NCBI GenBank assembly: GCA_031372565.1
Contig: JANMLN010000125.1
Coordinates: 1 to 13,070, forward strand
Direction of reading: 5' to 3'
Source of the DNA: Gemmatimonadota bacterium
GTDB taxonomy: Bacteria > Gemmatimonadota > Gemmatimonadetes > Gemmatimonadales > Gemmatimonadaceae
DNA: 13,070 nucleotides
Part shown: positions 1 through 7,139 of the stretch, in pieces
Numbering within the stretch: position 1 is the stretch's first letter
Layout: each line of letters begins with the position of its first letter
Program-made: the position numbers and the translations under genes
The notes under the pieces: generated by a model
What the model was told of the DNA's origin: nothing
What the model saw: the letters and a program-made list of their open reading frames with translations, nothing else
The model's database searches: none

Positions 1-1375
1 GCAGCGCCTGGGTGTGGGCTATCTGGGCGGGGCCGCGCCGGTGCCGGACGCGCGCGGCCGCGCGCCCGCCGGCGATCTGGCCGGCGCCGGCGCGGATGGA
101 AGTCACGAGGTCGCCGCGCGTGCTGTGCAGCGCGGGAAACATGCCGAACAGGAGCCCGGTCCCGAGCGCGAGCACGCCGGAGAACACCACCACCCCGGGC
201 TGCAGCGTCATCACCATGGCGTTGGTGGCGTCGGGCGGCAGAAACGAGCCGATGACGCCGAGCGTCCACTGCGCCACGAACAGGCTCGCCACGCCACCGG
301 CGAGGGCGAGGATCACCGACTCGGTGAGCAGCTGCGCGAGGAGGTGACGGCGAGTGGCGCCGAGAGCCAGCCGCACCCCCATCTCGGTGGCGCGCCCGGC
401 ACCCCGGGCGAGGAGGAGGTTGGCGATGTTCGCGCAAGCGATCAGGAGCACGATGCCGGTGATGCCGAAGAGCATGAAGATTGGCGTCTTCGCGTCCCGG
501 TGGATCGAGCTCTGGCCGCGGTCACCGGCGACGACGCCGATCGGCTTCTTCTTGAACAGGGCCATCGTCGGCACGCTCATGCCGTCCTGCAGGGGCGCCT
601 CGACGTCGGTGATGAGCGGCCGGTAGGCGGCCTCGAGCCCCGCGGACGCCTGGGCCAGCGAGACGCCGGCTTTCCGCCGCCCGAACACGTAGACCCAGTA
701 GTCGCGGCGATCCTCGAACCGCGTGAAGCGGGAGAGCTGGCCGCGCATGCTGATGGGCACGTAGAGCAAGGGGCGCGAGCCCGCCGTCGTGCCGCGAAAC
801 GACTCGGGGGTCACCCCGAGGATCTCGAGCGCCTTGCCGTTCACGGTGATCGTCTGCCCCACCACCGTGGGGTCGGAGCCGAAGTGCGACGCCCAGAGGT
901 CGTGACTCAGCACGGTCACGAAATGCGCGCCGATCGCATCGTCGTCGGCCTGCGACAGCAGGCGCCCCGCCACCGGCGCCACCCCCAGCGTCGGGAAGTA
1001 CGACCCCGACACGTAGGCCGCATCCGAGGTGAACGGCTCGCCGCGCACGCTCAGCGATGCGTTGAAGATCCGGAACGCCGCGAGCCCCGAGAGCACGGTC
1101 TGCGTGCGCTCGAGGTCGCGGAACATCGGGTAGCTGAACACCTCGTCGCAGCCCCCCGACTGGTTGCAGCTGTCCGAGCCCGGCTTGGGGCCCGGCGCCG
1201 CGAGACTCACCAGCTCCTCCGGGGCGCGCACGGGCAGGGAGCGCGCCAGCAACTGGTCGAACATCGAGTAGATGGCCGCGTTGGCCCCGATGCCGAGGGC
1301 CAGCGACAACACCGCGATGGCGGTGACGAAGGGGGTCTTCCGCAGTGTCCGGAGCGCGAGCGCGATGTGCCGCAT
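1..1375 (-). CDS. ABC transporter permease, MacB/FtsX-like (ADOP duplicated permease family); 3'-truncated by the window edge
   Basis: Not in the ORF track because it has no stop in the window. Manual translation from ATG at 1375: MRHIALALRTLRKTPFVTAIAVLSLALGIGANAAIYSMFDQLL...FSYPMFRDL...VSGSYFPTLGV...LLIACANIANLLLARGAGRATEMGVRLALGATRRHLLAQLLTESVILAL...LLFGMFPAL, the typical MacB periplasmic plus first FtsX domain of ADOP permeases. Confidence 0.93.
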   Translation of the reverse strand, partial: MRHIALALRTLRKTPFVTAIAVLSLALGIGANAAIYSMFDQLLARSLPVRAPEELVSLAAPGPKPGSDSCNQSGGCDEVFSYPMFRDLERTQTVLSGLAAFRIFNASLSVRGEPFTSDAAYVSGSYFPTLGVAPVAGRLLSQADDDAIGAHFVTVLSHDLWASHFGSDPTVVGQTITVNGKALEILGVTPESFRGTTAGSRPLLYVPISMRGQLSRFTRFEDRRDYWVYVFGRRKAGVSLAQASAGLEAAYRPLITDVEAPLQDGMSVPTMALFKKKPIGVVAGDRGQSSIHRDAKTPIFMLFGITGIVLLIACANIANLLLARGAGRATEMGVRLALGATRRHLLAQLLTESVILALAGGVASLFVAQWTLGVIGSFLPPDATNAMVMTLQPGVVVFSGVLALGTGLLFGMFPALHSTRGDLVTSIRAGAGQIAGGRAAARVRHRRGPAQIAHTQAL

Positions 1376-1812
1376 GGGACGACCAGTTGGAGAAGGCGCG
1401 GGCGCCGCGCCGCCGGAGGGAGGTCTCGTTTGGACAACCGTTCGGCGGGCTTGGTTTGGCCGACGCGGCGCCCGGCCCCGGGTTTCACTGCGGGACGGAA
1501 TTGCGTTCGCAGTCGGCCCAGACGTGCGCCCGCCGCCCTCGCCCGCCGTCCTACCGCCCGACGCCCCGTGACCCCGACCCACTGGCTGTCCCGCGCCGTC
1601 TCCGCCGCCGACGTGGTGGCGCGTGAGCCGAGCGTCGAGGGCGAGGGCGACGGCGCGCCCGCCACGGCGGAACGCCTCGGTCAAGCGAGCCGTATCGTGT
1701 GCGGGCCACGACACAAAGGTCCCGACGGGCGGTGCGCGCTGGCCGCGAGCACTGCGGGCGCTGCTCACGTGGCCGCAGTTCGCGACCTTCACGCCGCGCG
1801 CCGGCCCGTGAA

Positions 1813-1855
1813 TGCAACACGGCCCCGAGGCGCGCTGCCTCGGGGCCGTGTTGCA
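1813..1855 (-). terminator. Probable intrinsic terminator hairpin downstream of the lectin PEP-CTERM gene
   Basis: Perfect 19-bp inverted repeat TGCAACACGGCCCCGAGGC-(GCGCT)-GCCTCGGGGCCGTGTTGCA starting 18 nt after the TAG at 1874-1876; only a weak U-tract follows. Confidence 0.75.
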
Positions 1856-1873
1856 CGTGCTGTTGGCGCGTGT

Positions 1874-2713
1874 CTAGCGCCGACGGCGCCGACCGAACCC
1901 GATGACGCCGAGCAACCCGGTGCCCACGAGGGCATAGGTGGCCGGCTCCGGAACGACGCCGGGATCGGGCGCGCCACCGTCGACGTAGTCATTCACGAAG
2001 TTCCACGACAGGATGTTGTGTTCGCCATACGCGGCGCCCGTGCCCGAGGTGAAGCCGGCATACACGTTCGTCGTGCCGAAGATCGACGTGAGGTCCACCG
2101 TGTAGCTCAGCCCCGCGTTGGTGGGACGGGCGTTCGACCCCGACCAGCGGACTTCGAGCAGGTCGTTCGTGCCGTTGTAGTCCACCCATCCCCACCACGT
2201 CGACCCGTTGTCGAAGTCGGGCGACAGCTGACCCGTGCTCGCGACCGAGTTCACGCTGCCATTCAGGTTGATGCCCACGTGGTTCGAGCCACCGACTTCA
2301 CCGTTGTCGAAGGTGTCGAACTCGACTCCCATGCTGTTGCTGATGCCCGCGTAGCCGATGCCACCGCCCGCGCCGCCTGCGGTGTTCGAGTTCGGCTGCA
2401 GCACGAACATGAGTCCGTCGGCGCCAGTGAACCCGCAACACCCGCCACGATTGAGGATCTCGAACGAGAACACCGTGCTGAACGACACGTTCGAGTTCAG
2501 CGTGAGGGGCGTCGTGGAGAACGCGGACCCCGCCTGGGTGAAGTTGGCCGACGTGAGGGTCAGCTTGTTGCCGTTCTGGAAGGCGTTTCCGTTGAGCTGA
2601 AGTCCCGCCGTGTTCGAGAAGTTGGCGTAGGAAATGGACTGCGCGGCCAGCGGAGCCGTCAGCACGGCAGCAGCAGCGGTGGCGGCCAGAAGGGCGGAGG
2701 ACAAACGGCGCAT
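1874..2713 (-). CDS. L-type (legume) lectin domain protein with PEP-CTERM sorting signal, 279 aa
   Basis: Signal peptide MRRLSSALLAATAAAAVLTAPLAA/Q; lectin motifs LQLNGNA, QAGSAF, FSTVFSF, GADGLMFVLQ, GGGIGY, VEFDTFDN...NHVGIN, VYAGFTSGTG, HNILSWNF; C-terminal VPEPATYALVGTGLLGVIGFGRRRRR. Start moved from 2797 to ATG 2713 because the longer version would run through the sigma-54 promoter. Confidence 0.92.
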   Translation of the reverse strand: MRRLSSALLAATAAAAVLTAPLAAQSISYANFSNTAGLQLNGNAFQNGNKLTLTSANFTQAGSAFSTTPLTLNSNVSFSTVFSFEILNRGGCCGFTGADGLMFVLQPNSNTAGGAGGGIGYAGISNSMGVEFDTFDNGEVGGSNHVGINLNGSVNSVASTGQLSPDFDNGSTWWGWVDYNGTNDLLEVRWSGSNARPTNAGLSYTVDLTSIFGTTNVYAGFTSGTGAAYGEHNILSWNFVNDYVDGGAPDPGVVPEPATYALVGTGLLGVIGFGRRRRR

Positions 2714-2773
2714 TCGGGGAGGGGCTGGGGTGGACCGGGAGGAGCTGGGCGCGTGGCGCCCGAGCTGTCCACC

Positions 2774-2788
2774 GCACGATGCGTGCCA
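2774..2788 (-). promoter_or_regulatory. Sigma-54 (-24/-12) promoter of the lectin PEP-CTERM gene
   Basis: Minus strand reads TGGCACGCATCGTGC: exact TGGCACG and GG-N10-GC spacing, 60 nt upstream of the ATG. Confidence 0.75.
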
Positions 2789-2804
2789 TTCCGACACTGT
2801 TTAC

Positions 2805-2817
2805 TGACAACGAGTTA
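2805..2817. promoter_or_regulatory. IHF-like binding site between sigma-54 promoter and enhancer
   Basis: TGACAACGAGTTA versus the IHF consensus WATCAANNNNTTR (7 of 9 specified bases) in a locally AT-richer patch just upstream of the -24 element. Confidence 0.5.
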
Positions 2818-2861
2818 CGATCCCCCGATCCGGCGCGTCGCCGATCACCAACCACAGCCGC

Positions 2862-2899
2862 CGTGGCTCATTTGCAACAGATGTGGCTGGTGCGCGAGA
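2862..2899. promoter_or_regulatory. Candidate tandem enhancer (bEBP upstream activating sequence)
   Basis: Two imperfect palindromes at a 20-bp period, CGTGGC-TCATTT-GCAACA (2862-2879) and TGTGGC-TGGTGC-GCGAGA (2882-2899), consensus TGTnGC-N6-GCnACA, 75-112 bp upstream of the -24 GG. Confidence 0.5.
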
Positions 2900-2971
2900 C
2901 CGCACCTTCGGCTGCTGCGGTCTTCGCACGGACCATGACCGCGCCCAAGACATGAGCGCGGACCCGCTCAT
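2890..2971 (-). terminator. Two hairpins downstream of dps, possible terminator(s)
   Basis: GTGCG..AGACCGCA / TGCGGTCT.CGCAC (2890-2929) and ATGAGCG / CGCTCAT (2952-2971), 80-160 nt after the dps stop; no clear U-tract. Confidence 0.35.
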
Positions 2972-3052
2972 CCGCCCCGCTCCAGCTCCGCAAGGGCTCG
3001 TAGGGCGCGTTGCACGACCGGCTGCAGTTCGGGATCCGCGCGCTGCCTCAGA

Positions 3053-3664
3053 TCAGCCGGTCGTGGGGTGCGCTGCGTCGTGCTGCTGCTGCGCTTCCAC
3101 GAACCAGAGCCACTTGTCCACGCCACGCGCCACCTCGGTGAGGATGTCGGCGCTCACGGCGTCGTCGAGCGCGTCCATCTCCGCGATTCCCATGCGCACC
3201 GACCGGCCGAACTGCGCCAGCACGTCCGACAGCGCGGCCACATGCTCGCCACCCGTCGAAAGGGTCAGCGGATAGTCGAGCATGGTGGTACGCTGCGCCA
3301 CGCGCCGCGCCGTTCCCTCGGCGACGCCGCCCAGCTGCACGATCCGTTCGGCGATCAGGTCGCTGTACTCGAGCACCGCGCCGTGGACATTGTCGAACAG
3401 CAGGTGCAACCCGATGAAGTACGGCCCCTTCACGTTCCAGTGCGCCTGCTTGCACTGGCTCTGCAGGTCGAGGCAGTCGGCCAGCCGCTGCGCGAGGAGG
3501 ACGACGGCCTCATGGCGCGGCGACATGGCAAGATCGTTCTTGGTGGAAAAGGCGAGCGGCGAGGCCGCGTCGTCGGCGCTCGTAGACGCCAGGCGCGACG
3601 ACGGCGAGGGCTTGGACGCCGGCGCCCGCTGGCCGCGTCGGTCCGGTGCGATGGTGTGTGTCAT
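3053..3664 (-). CDS. dps: DNA starvation/stationary-phase protection protein Dps (mini-ferritin), 203 aa
   Basis: TKNDL...DLQSQCKQAHWNVKGPYFIGLHLLFD...DLIAERIVQLGGVAEGT...YPL...DDAVSADILTEVARGVDKWLWFVEA matches the Dps signatures with the ferroxidase His/His/Asp/Glu residues intact. Start at ATG 3664 is supported by GGAG 6 nt upstream (TGGAGCCTCC-ATG). Confidence 0.95.
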   Translation of the reverse strand: MTHTIAPDRRGQRAPASKPSPSSRLASTSADDAASPLAFSTKNDLAMSPRHEAVVLLAQRLADCLDLQSQCKQAHWNVKGPYFIGLHLLFDNVHGAVLEYSDLIAERIVQLGGVAEGTARRVAQRTTMLDYPLTLSTGGEHVAALSDVLAQFGRSVRMGIAEMDALDDAVSADILTEVARGVDKWLWFVEAQQQHDAAHPTTG

Positions 3665-3807
3665 GGAGGCTCCAGGTGCGATGGTGAGGCGGACGCCGGA
3701 CAGGTCCGACGGCCCATGCTCCATCGTACATCGACATCGTGGCGCCACGAATCGGCCGGAGGAGGGGGAGCGACTACCTCACCCGGGGGATGTCGCTCCT
3801 GGCGGAA

Positions 3808-3993
3808 TGCGAGCGGCGTGGTGTCCAGCCACTGCGTCCAGATCGCCAGCCGCTTGGCGTGACTGCTCGGGCAGAAGTAGCGGCAGTTGCACGAGAACCC
3901 GAGCAGCCATTCGTGCGTGCAGGCATCACAGCGGATGCGAGCGAGGCCGTGCTCGAGCATGCCACAGGCGAGGAACTTCTCGGCGACCTGCGC
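3808..3993 (-). pseudogene. IS91-family transposase remnant, N-terminal zinc-binding domain
   Basis: AQVAEKFLACGMLEHGLARIRCDACTHEWLLGFSCNCRYFCPSSHAKRLAIWTQWLDTTPLA resembles the Zn_Tnp_IS91 domain (CG..GFAR.RC..C...LAFSCK.R.FCPSC). CPSC has decayed to CPSS and similarity ends before the HUH/Y2 catalytic domain. Confidence 0.85.
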
Positions 3994-4167
3994 GAGGCGG
4001 GCTGGCGTACCTGCTTCCGCGCGCGGCGCTTGCTGTGTGGCGCACGCGCAACGGGTGTCGTTCCCGTCCACCAGTTCCCCGCGTCGGCGAGTTCCCTGGC
4101 GGCTCGCCGAGGCGGTCGCCCCGTGCCACGCAAACGATCCCGCGTGGACGGAGCGCGCCCTGTCCGT

Positions 4168-4200
4168 CCGTTACCTGTCGACTGCGGCGAGCCGTTACCT
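4168..4200 (+). repeat. 9-bp direct repeat CCGTTACCT x2 (24-bp period), candidate activator sites
   Basis: Exact copies at 4168-4176 and 4192-4200, 74-106 bp upstream of the -24 GG at 4274-4275. Confidence 0.45.
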
Positions 4201-4272
4201 CGATCGCGGGGCTTCGCGGGTCGACCCCTGCGGTGGCCGAACATCATCACCGGCATCGACGGCAGGAGCCCC

Positions 4273-4288
4273 CGGCGCGAGTCTTGCA
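4273..4288 (+). promoter_or_regulatory. Sigma-54 (-24/-12) promoter of the second PEP-CTERM gene
   Basis: CGGCGCGAGTCTTGCA: GG-N10-GC spacing with a canonical TTGCA -12 box, 73 nt upstream of ATG 4362. Confidence 0.65.
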
Positions 4289-4361
4289 GCGGGACGCCAT
4301 CATGTCGCGACGGCTTCCAACGGCCGAAGCGAGTCGGTTTCCCCTACATCTGTTGTCTGCC

Positions 4362-5135
4362 ATGCTTCGCTTGATCGTGCGCACCTCTCTCCCGGTTCTG
4401 GCGGTGGTCGCCAGCGCCACGCTGCAGCCCCTGCAGGCGCAGCAGATGAAGGTCACCTTCACGGGAACGGTCACGAGCGGGTTCGGTGACGCCTACGCGA
4501 ACACGTTCAACTCGGGGCCGTACCAGCCGGGTCGCAGCCTGATCGGCCAGGCGTTCACGCTCCAGTACTTCTACGACGTGGGAAACCTTGGTCCCAACCT
4601 CGCGAGCGGCGGGAACCAGTACTACAGCGCGCCTTCGGCGCCCACGTTCCTGTCGGGCACGGTGTCGGTGGGCGGCGTGACGCTGACGATGGACACGCGG
4701 AAGCGGGCGAGCCTCTCGGTCACCGACGCGCCCGATGCCTCGGGGTATAAGGACAACCTCGGCATCTCGGGCGGTACCGGGTACCACCGCTTTCCGAGCA
4801 TCGAGATCGAGGACTCGTTCATTGACCTGACCGGGTTCGGCGCCATCGCGGATGGTTCCCCGTTCTCCCCCGGAGCGTCGCGCAGCTTCGCCGGGTCAGG
4901 CCTCACGGGCTACTTCTACCTGCTCGAGACCGCGGCGTGCAGTGCGCCCGGCGGTCCCTGTCTGCAGGGACGATTCAACGACGGGCAGACGCACTGGGTT
5001 GAGATCGGTGCCACCGGAACGAGCCTGCAGTTTGAGGCCGTGAGCGCGGTGCCGGAGCCGGCGTCGATGGCGCTCGTGGGCACGGGGCTGCTCGTCGTGG
5101 CGGGGCTCGCGAGACGTCGCCGGACGCGCGGGTAG
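4362..5135 (+). CDS. PEP-CTERM sorting domain protein of unknown function, 257 aa
   Basis: Signal peptide MLRLIVRTSLPVLAVVASATLQPLQA/Q; Gly/Ser/Thr-rich beta-type body (VTFTGTVTSG, FTLQYFYD); C-terminal VPEPASMALVGTGLLVVAGLARRRRTRG. It is the 3' part of track ORF 3282..5135, whose upstream part is antisense to dps and the IS remnant. Confidence 0.9.
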   Translation: MLRLIVRTSLPVLAVVASATLQPLQAQQMKVTFTGTVTSGFGDAYANTFNSGPYQPGRSLIGQAFTLQYFYDVGNLGPNLASGGNQYYSAPSAPTFLSGTVSVGGVTLTMDTRKRASLSVTDAPDASGYKDNLGISGGTGYHRFPSIEIEDSFIDLTGFGAIADGSPFSPGASRSFAGSGLTGYFYLLETAACSAPGGPCLQGRFNDGQTHWVEIGATGTSLQFEAVSAVPEPASMALVGTGLLVVAGLARRRRTRG

Positions 5136-5199
5136 CAGGGGGAGGCGGCCCGCCCGGCTCTTGGGGCCCGCGTCGGTGTGCGGATTCGCGGGTCGGCGT

Positions 5200-5283
5200 G
5201 CGCATGGGCCCGCGACACGTCCGTCACTCGAGCGGGTCAACTTCGAAGAGCTGCTGAAGCAGGGCCGCCCAGCGGCGCGCGGC
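5200..5283 (-). pseudogene. IS91-family transposase remnant, C-terminal zinc-ribbon segment
   Basis: AARRWAALLQQLFEVDPLE*RTCRGPMR resembles the IS91/ISCR C-terminal motif WA.LL..IFEVDPL.CP.C.G.MR, with the first Cys codon replaced by TGA (5226-5224); similarity is lost right after MR. Confidence 0.72.
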
Positions 5284-5389
5284 ATCGAGCGTCGCCCATG
5301 CACCTGCGCCGCCTTGGTCGCTCAACCGTCCGCGCTGATGCGGCATCTCCACGATCGTCTCGCCGGGGAATAGCGCGCGACGCGGTCGC

Positions 5390-5418
5390 TTCATATTCAC
5401 GTCGCGGACCAGTAGTCT
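5390..5418 (+). promoter_or_regulatory. Sigma-70-type promoter, probably giving a leaderless or near-leaderless mRNA
   Basis: TTCATA (5390-5395)-N17-TAGTCT (5413-5418), 8 nt before ATG 5427. Confidence 0.45.
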
Positions 5419-5426
5419 CCGGAGTA

Positions 5427-7139
5427 ATGCATCCATATCCGGCTCGTACGTCCACGCCGCGTACACGGCTCGCGGCACGGCGCACGTTGCTGTTGCCGTT
5501 CACGCTCCTCGCGCTGCTCGCCGCGTGCTCGGACAGCGGCGTGCCCGCCACGGGCACCACCGCGCCCAGGTTCATCCCGAAGCCCAATTCGCAGTCCGTG
5601 TCCGTGCTGACGCAGCACAACGACAACGGCCGCGCCGGCTGGAACGCGAATGAAACAGCGTTGACCACCGGCAATGTCAACGGTCGGCAGTTCGGCTACC
5701 TGTTCACGCTCCCCGTGGACGACCAGGTGTACGCCCAGCCGCTGGTCGTCGGCCACGTCGCCATCGGCGGCGGCATGCACAACGTGGTCTACGTGGCCAC
5801 GGTCAACAACACGCTCTACGCCTTCGACGGCGACGACGGCACGCTGTACTGGCAGAAGAGCCTCACGGCCGCGGGGATGCGCCCGCCGCGCAACACCGAC
5901 ATGACGGGCGCCTGCGGCGGCGCGTACCAGGATTTCAGCGGCAACATCGGCATCGTTGGCACCCCCGTCATCGACTCGGCGAGCGGCACGCTGTATGTCG
6001 TGGCGCGCAGCACCACGGGCTTCCAGTACGCGCAGCACCTGCATGCCGTGAGCATCACCGACGGGCGCGAGCTCGCCGGCAGTCCCACCGCCATCACGGC
6101 CACCGCGAGCGGCTTTGGCGACGGCAGCGTGGCGGGGGTGATCACCTTCGATGCCCAGAAGCAGAACCAGCGGCAGGGGCTGACCCTGGTCGGCGGCACG
6201 GTGTACGTGACCTTCGCCTCGCACTGCGACTGGGGGCCGTATCACGGATGGGTGCTGGGATACGACGCCACCGCCCTGCAGCAACGGATCGTGTACAACG
6301 TCACCCCCGACGGATACGCCGGCGGCATGTGGGAGAGTGGCGCGGGCATGGCGGCCGATGCGCAGGGCAACCTCTACGTCGTGACGGGCAACGGCACCGT
6401 CGGGGTGAGCGGCGATCCGACGAACCTGCGGAATCGCGGCGAGAGCGCGCTCAAGCTCGTGCCGTCGGGCTCGACGCTGCAGGTGGCGAGCTACTTCACC
6501 CCCTTCAACTTCCAGTTCCTCAACGACGACGACATCGACTACGGCGGCATGGGGACGTTCCTGATTCCCGGGACGGTCCAGTACCTCACCGGGGGCAAGG
6601 ACGGCAACCTCTACCTGCTCGACAAGGACAACATGGGTGGGTACCTGCCCGCCTCCAACGGGGTGCGGCAGGTGGTCGCGACCAGCGCCAACGCCAACAT
6701 GCATTGCCAGCCAGCCTGGTACGGGGGCACGGCCAAGGCGTTCGTCTACGTCTGGTCGGAGAACGATCCGCTGCGCGCGATTCCGTTCGACCGCACCAGC
6801 AACCTGCTCACGCCGCAGAGCCAGGTGCTGTACAGTGCGAGCGGACCCTCGGGACAGAGCGGCGCGATCCTCTCGGTGTCGTCCAACGGTACGCGCGACA
6901 GCACCGCGATCGTGTGGGCGTCATACGCGTCGATTGGCGACGCGGAGCACGGCGTGAAGCCCGGCATCCTGCGGGCATTCGATGCGCGTGACGTGACCCG
7001 GGAGCTCTGGAACAACCAGCAGAACAGCAACCGCGACTTCGCGGGCACCTACGCCAAGTTCTCGGCGCCGACCATCGCCAACGGACACGTCTACCTGCCG
7101 ACGTTTTCGTTCAAGGTGGTCGTGTACGGGTTGCTGTGA
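5427..7139 (+). CDS. Beta-propeller lipoprotein (PQQ-like / 'pyrrolo-quinoline quinone' annotated family), 570 aa
   Basis: Basic N-region, hydrophobic stretch and lipobox LLAA-C; family motifs VLTQHNDNGRAG..NETALT, VDDQVYAQPL, NVVYVATVNNTLYAFD..DGTLYW, IGIVGTPVID, QRQGL, SHCDWGPYHGWV, GGMWESG, GGKDGNLYLLD, LRAFDA...LWN, KFSAPTIANGHVY. Confidence 0.8.
   Translation: MHPYPARTSTPRTRLAARRTLLLPFTLLALLAACSDSGVPATGTTAPRFIPKPNSQSVSVLTQHNDNGRAGWNANETALTTGNVNGRQFGYLFTLPVDDQVYAQPLVVGHVAIGGGMHNVVYVATVNNTLYAFDGDDGTLYWQKSLTAAGMRPPRNTDMTGACGGAYQDFSGNIGIVGTPVIDSASGTLYVVARSTTGFQYAQHLHAVSITDGRELAGSPTAITATASGFGDGSVAGVITFDAQKQNQRQGLTLVGGTVYVTFASHCDWGPYHGWVLGYDATALQQRIVYNVTPDGYAGGMWESGAGMAADAQGNLYVVTGNGTVGVSGDPTNLRNRGESALKLVPSGSTLQVASYFTPFNFQFLNDDDIDYGGMGTFLIPGTVQYLTGGKDGNLYLLDKDNMGGYLPASNGVRQVVATSANANMHCQPAWYGGTAKAFVYVWSENDPLRAIPFDRTSNLLTPQSQVLYSASGPSGQSGAILSVSSNGTRDSTAIVWASYASIGDAEHGVKPGILRAFDARDVTRELWNNQQNSNRDFAGTYAKFSAPTIANGHVYLPTFSFKVVVYGLL

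Noticed and set aside
1..55. Diversity-generating retroelement variable region
   Set aside because: No reverse transcriptase or template repeat in the window; changes affect coding-strand T rather than A and lie in a transmembrane helix at the sequence edge.
1568..1580. GTGACCCCGACCC as a REP-like element
   Set aside because: Single copy, with no partner inverted repeat or RAYT transposase seen in the window.
14..2938. 974-aa plus-strand ORF
   Set aside because: Antisense shadow of the permease and lectin genes; Arg/Gly/His-rich with no motifs, typical of stop-poor high-GC DNA.
3661..4071. Intact 136-aa transposase or small Zn-finger protein
   Set aside because: Only about 62 codons resemble IS91, a Zn-ligand Cys is lost, the catalytic domain is missing and the ORF tail runs over the dps promoter region.
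3282..4361. Long N-terminal extension of the second PEP-CTERM ORF (617 aa in the track)
   Set aside because: Overlaps dps and the IS91 remnant on the opposite strand; the signal peptide and sigma-54 motif place the real start at 4362.
5224..5226. TGA at a Cys position as selenocysteine or recoding
   Set aside because: It lies in an otherwise truncated transposase fragment; a simple TGY-to-TGA nonsense mutation is sufficient.
5397..6704. Long antisense ORFs (also 7845..9326, 11049..11903, 11735..12877)
   Set aside because: Shadows of well-supported plus-strand genes with no independent motifs.
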